This document shows, piece by piece, positions 61,715 through 64,000 of a stretch of 64,000 nucleotides of DNA. Position numbers and translations under genes: made by a program. The notes below the pieces were generated by a model. It ran no database searches. It saw only the letters and a program-made list of their open reading frames with translations, and was not told the DNA's origin. Each line of letters begins with the position of its first letter. The first letter of the stretch is position 1. This DNA comes from Rhina ancylostomus (lineage: Eukaryota). The stretch covers positions 20,214,896 to 20,278,895 of the forward strand of contig JARFYF010000055.1 in NCBI GenBank assembly GCA_030265395.1. Direction: 5' to 3'.

Positions 61715-62008
61715 GGCAGGCACAGTAGTGTAACAGTTAGCATAACGCTATTACAGCGCCAGCAACCTGGGTTCAATTCCCGCCGCTGTCTGTAAGAAGT
61801 TTGTACATTCTCCCCGTGACTCTGTGGGTTTCCTCCGGGTGCTCCAGTTTCCTCCCACATTCCAAAGACATACAGGTTAGGAAGTTGCAGGCATGCTACG
61901 TTGGCACCGGAAACGTGGCGACACTTGCGGGCTGGTCCCAGAACATCCTATGCAAAAAGGCATTTCACTGTGTGTTTCGATGTACATGTGACTAATAAAG
62001 AGATCTTA
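61715..62008 (+). mobile_element. Full-length V-SINE, same subfamily as 59886-60180, less CpG-decayed
   Basis: Colinear with the 59886 copy; B-box GGTTCAATTCC; retains several CpGs. Confidence 0.93.
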
Positions 62009-63119
62009 TCTGATCTGGATGCATGGAGGTGGATATAATTGACAGCTGATACTCACACATAATCTGGCAACCCAAGACAAATTTTTTTCCTGTTGTTTTT
62101 TAAAACATATAGATTGAAGCAGTTTGCTGCATTAACCTGCTATTGTAATATTGTCAACAGGAGCAAGGAAGAAAGACTCACCCAAGGACAAAAGTGAAGA
62201 TATTAGACACTCTTTTCATTAACTTTTTACAATTAGCTTATTCTCCATTAGAAAACTTGGACTTAAATCCATTAGAACAATGGATTTAAATATATATTTA
62301 CTAAATGCATCATATTATTTTTGGTATTGCAAGTTCATAAGAACTAAGTTGGTTAGCCCATATTCCAAGTTTTCAGAATTATTTTGGAGCTAAGTGGTGA
62401 TGGAATTCAGGTATTAGGAGATCAGGGGGAAAGCTAGAGAGACTGTTACCCACTGATCACTTCTGGGTGTTCCCTTAAACTTGGTTCAGAACAGGATCAT
62501 TAAAGATTTGGGAGTAAGTGTACATAATCCCTTAAGTGAAGGTATATTTCTGACTCCTGTAGAAAATTACGAAGAGAATTTCCATTGAAAAAAAATGTTC
62601 TCTGTTGTATTTTCACCCAATCACGTCCATCTTTATTTAGAGGAGTCACATCAATCCCTTTATATTAACCTCAAAATAAATTACAAATACAGCGCACAAT
62701 GTGACATGCCTTTATAACATATCAAAATACTAACTTATAGAGTCCATGAAGTCTCACAGGGTCCACTGATTGATGACACCTATACAGTGGAATGTTGAGA
62801 ACTGGAAGCAATGCTGCCTTCACATGACCAGGCGTCAATATTGGACATATAGAACAAGAAACTATTTAACTGAACTACATTGACATTCAAATTGGAGGCT
62901 TGAAATATGCCTCTCTTCCCACTGTTTCTCAGTTGTTCCTTCTTGATTCAGGATGTTTCAGATCTATTAATGATACACTAGCATCCTTGTTCTGCTGTAC
63001 TGGGGAGGTTGATCCAACATTGATTTCAACTTCAGCTTTAAAGTACATTAAAATGCACATTTTGAAATTATATGAAAGGACTTAAACAATGTAATTTGCA
63101 TGAACTGGAGTAAAACCAG

Positions 63120-63420
63120 AACAGATTCTGGAAAAATATCCTACTTCTACTATTGGTGAGCTACTGGCAGGTGAGCCTAAGAAAGCTTGTTAGAGCTATC
63201 AATCCAACCCAGAGGTCTCACACAGCACCCCAATGTGAACCTGTTGGATATGCTAAACCATGTACCAGATGTGGATTTGCACCATATATTCCTTGTGGAT
63301 AAATGTTACAAGCCCTCTCAGGTCGTCACCATTCAAGACCTGTGTCATGTGAGTAATCATTGTTACACCTATAGTAGCAAACGACCCATCCTGCTCCAAA
63401 GCCAATACCACAACACCTCA
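63120..63420 (+). mobile_element. Very old Penelope-like linker/GIY-YIG-proximal fragment
   Basis: LLLVSYWQVSLRKLVRA followed by GYAKPCTRCGFAPYI...VSCE resembles the PLE PP.VAYRR..NL...LVRA and PC..RC..CP.I linker. Confidence 0.4.
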
Positions 63421-64000
63421 ATTAAAACCATTAATTGTTACAAGCAATGAACAAAGAAGATTTTCCACCATCTTCCATAATAATTGCATAGAATATCTCG
63501 ATTGCATTGAATATCATTTGCTCTTTGTCAAGAAGCACAAATATATAGCTCACAAAAATGCAAAAGTTACCTTAAAGAGATTAGGAGAATAACTATTTCA
63601 CACTTTACCCTTTGGAAGTTCTCTAATAGTGTTCCTTCAGTACTTTCTTTTGTTCAATAAAGCAGCAACATTATGCTATTCACAATTATTGTGGCTTCCT
63701 GCATACTATCTGTCACAGCAACATATTTCTTATACTTTAAGCCAATACCTACATGAACGCATTGATATATTAGCTGAAATGTCAGAAAGTTGCTCATGGT
63801 CTATATAATGTTTGATGCATTAAATATCACAATATCTTGCCCTGTCATACACTTAACAGATTTCCACTCTTATGATTCCTTACACTTTATGACATTGCTA
63901 ACTAACAGACTTGCCTTTTAAGTTTAAAATCTACAATACAAAAGGTCAACAAAAGAGAGAGTGACTCTTTCGACCCTGCCTATGGATAAAGATTAATTCG

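Noticed and set aside
59886-62008. Two similar ~295-bp direct repeats as LTRs of one element
   Set aside because: Both are full V-SINEs with tRNA-like heads, no TG...CA ends and different decay levels; independent insertions are simpler.
1-64000. Prokaryotic-type systems (operons, CRISPR, defence islands) or an intact host gene
   Set aside because: The sequence is vertebrate repeat-rich non-coding DNA; no long clean ORFs, repeat-spacer arrays or credible exon series were found.

Overview
Eukaryotic, AT-rich, CpG-depleted, non-coding scaffold sequence with many N-gaps. The repeat content points to a cartilaginous fish, probably a ray or skate (inferred from remembered repeat families, not from a search). 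It includes CR1, L2, RTE, Rex1/Babar, Tx1 and Penelope-like retroelement relics, V-SINEs, Deu-domain SINEs and probable solo LTRs. I found no intact host gene or convincing exon chain; the recognisable ORF-track peptides are decayed transposon fragments. I cannot support a claim of a new multi-gene system. The best leads are: a nested multi-hairpin element at ~16.0-16.25 kb; Penelope-derived foldbacks with a shared variant hammerhead core; a tRNA-Val fragment fused to a V-SINE; three internally deleted LINEs; two unexplained diverged direct-repeat pairs at 48-52 kb; and several repeat-free, motif-dense enhancer-like blocks. Repeat boundaries are by eye (about +/-20-50 bp) and family names need Dfam/Repbase confirmation.
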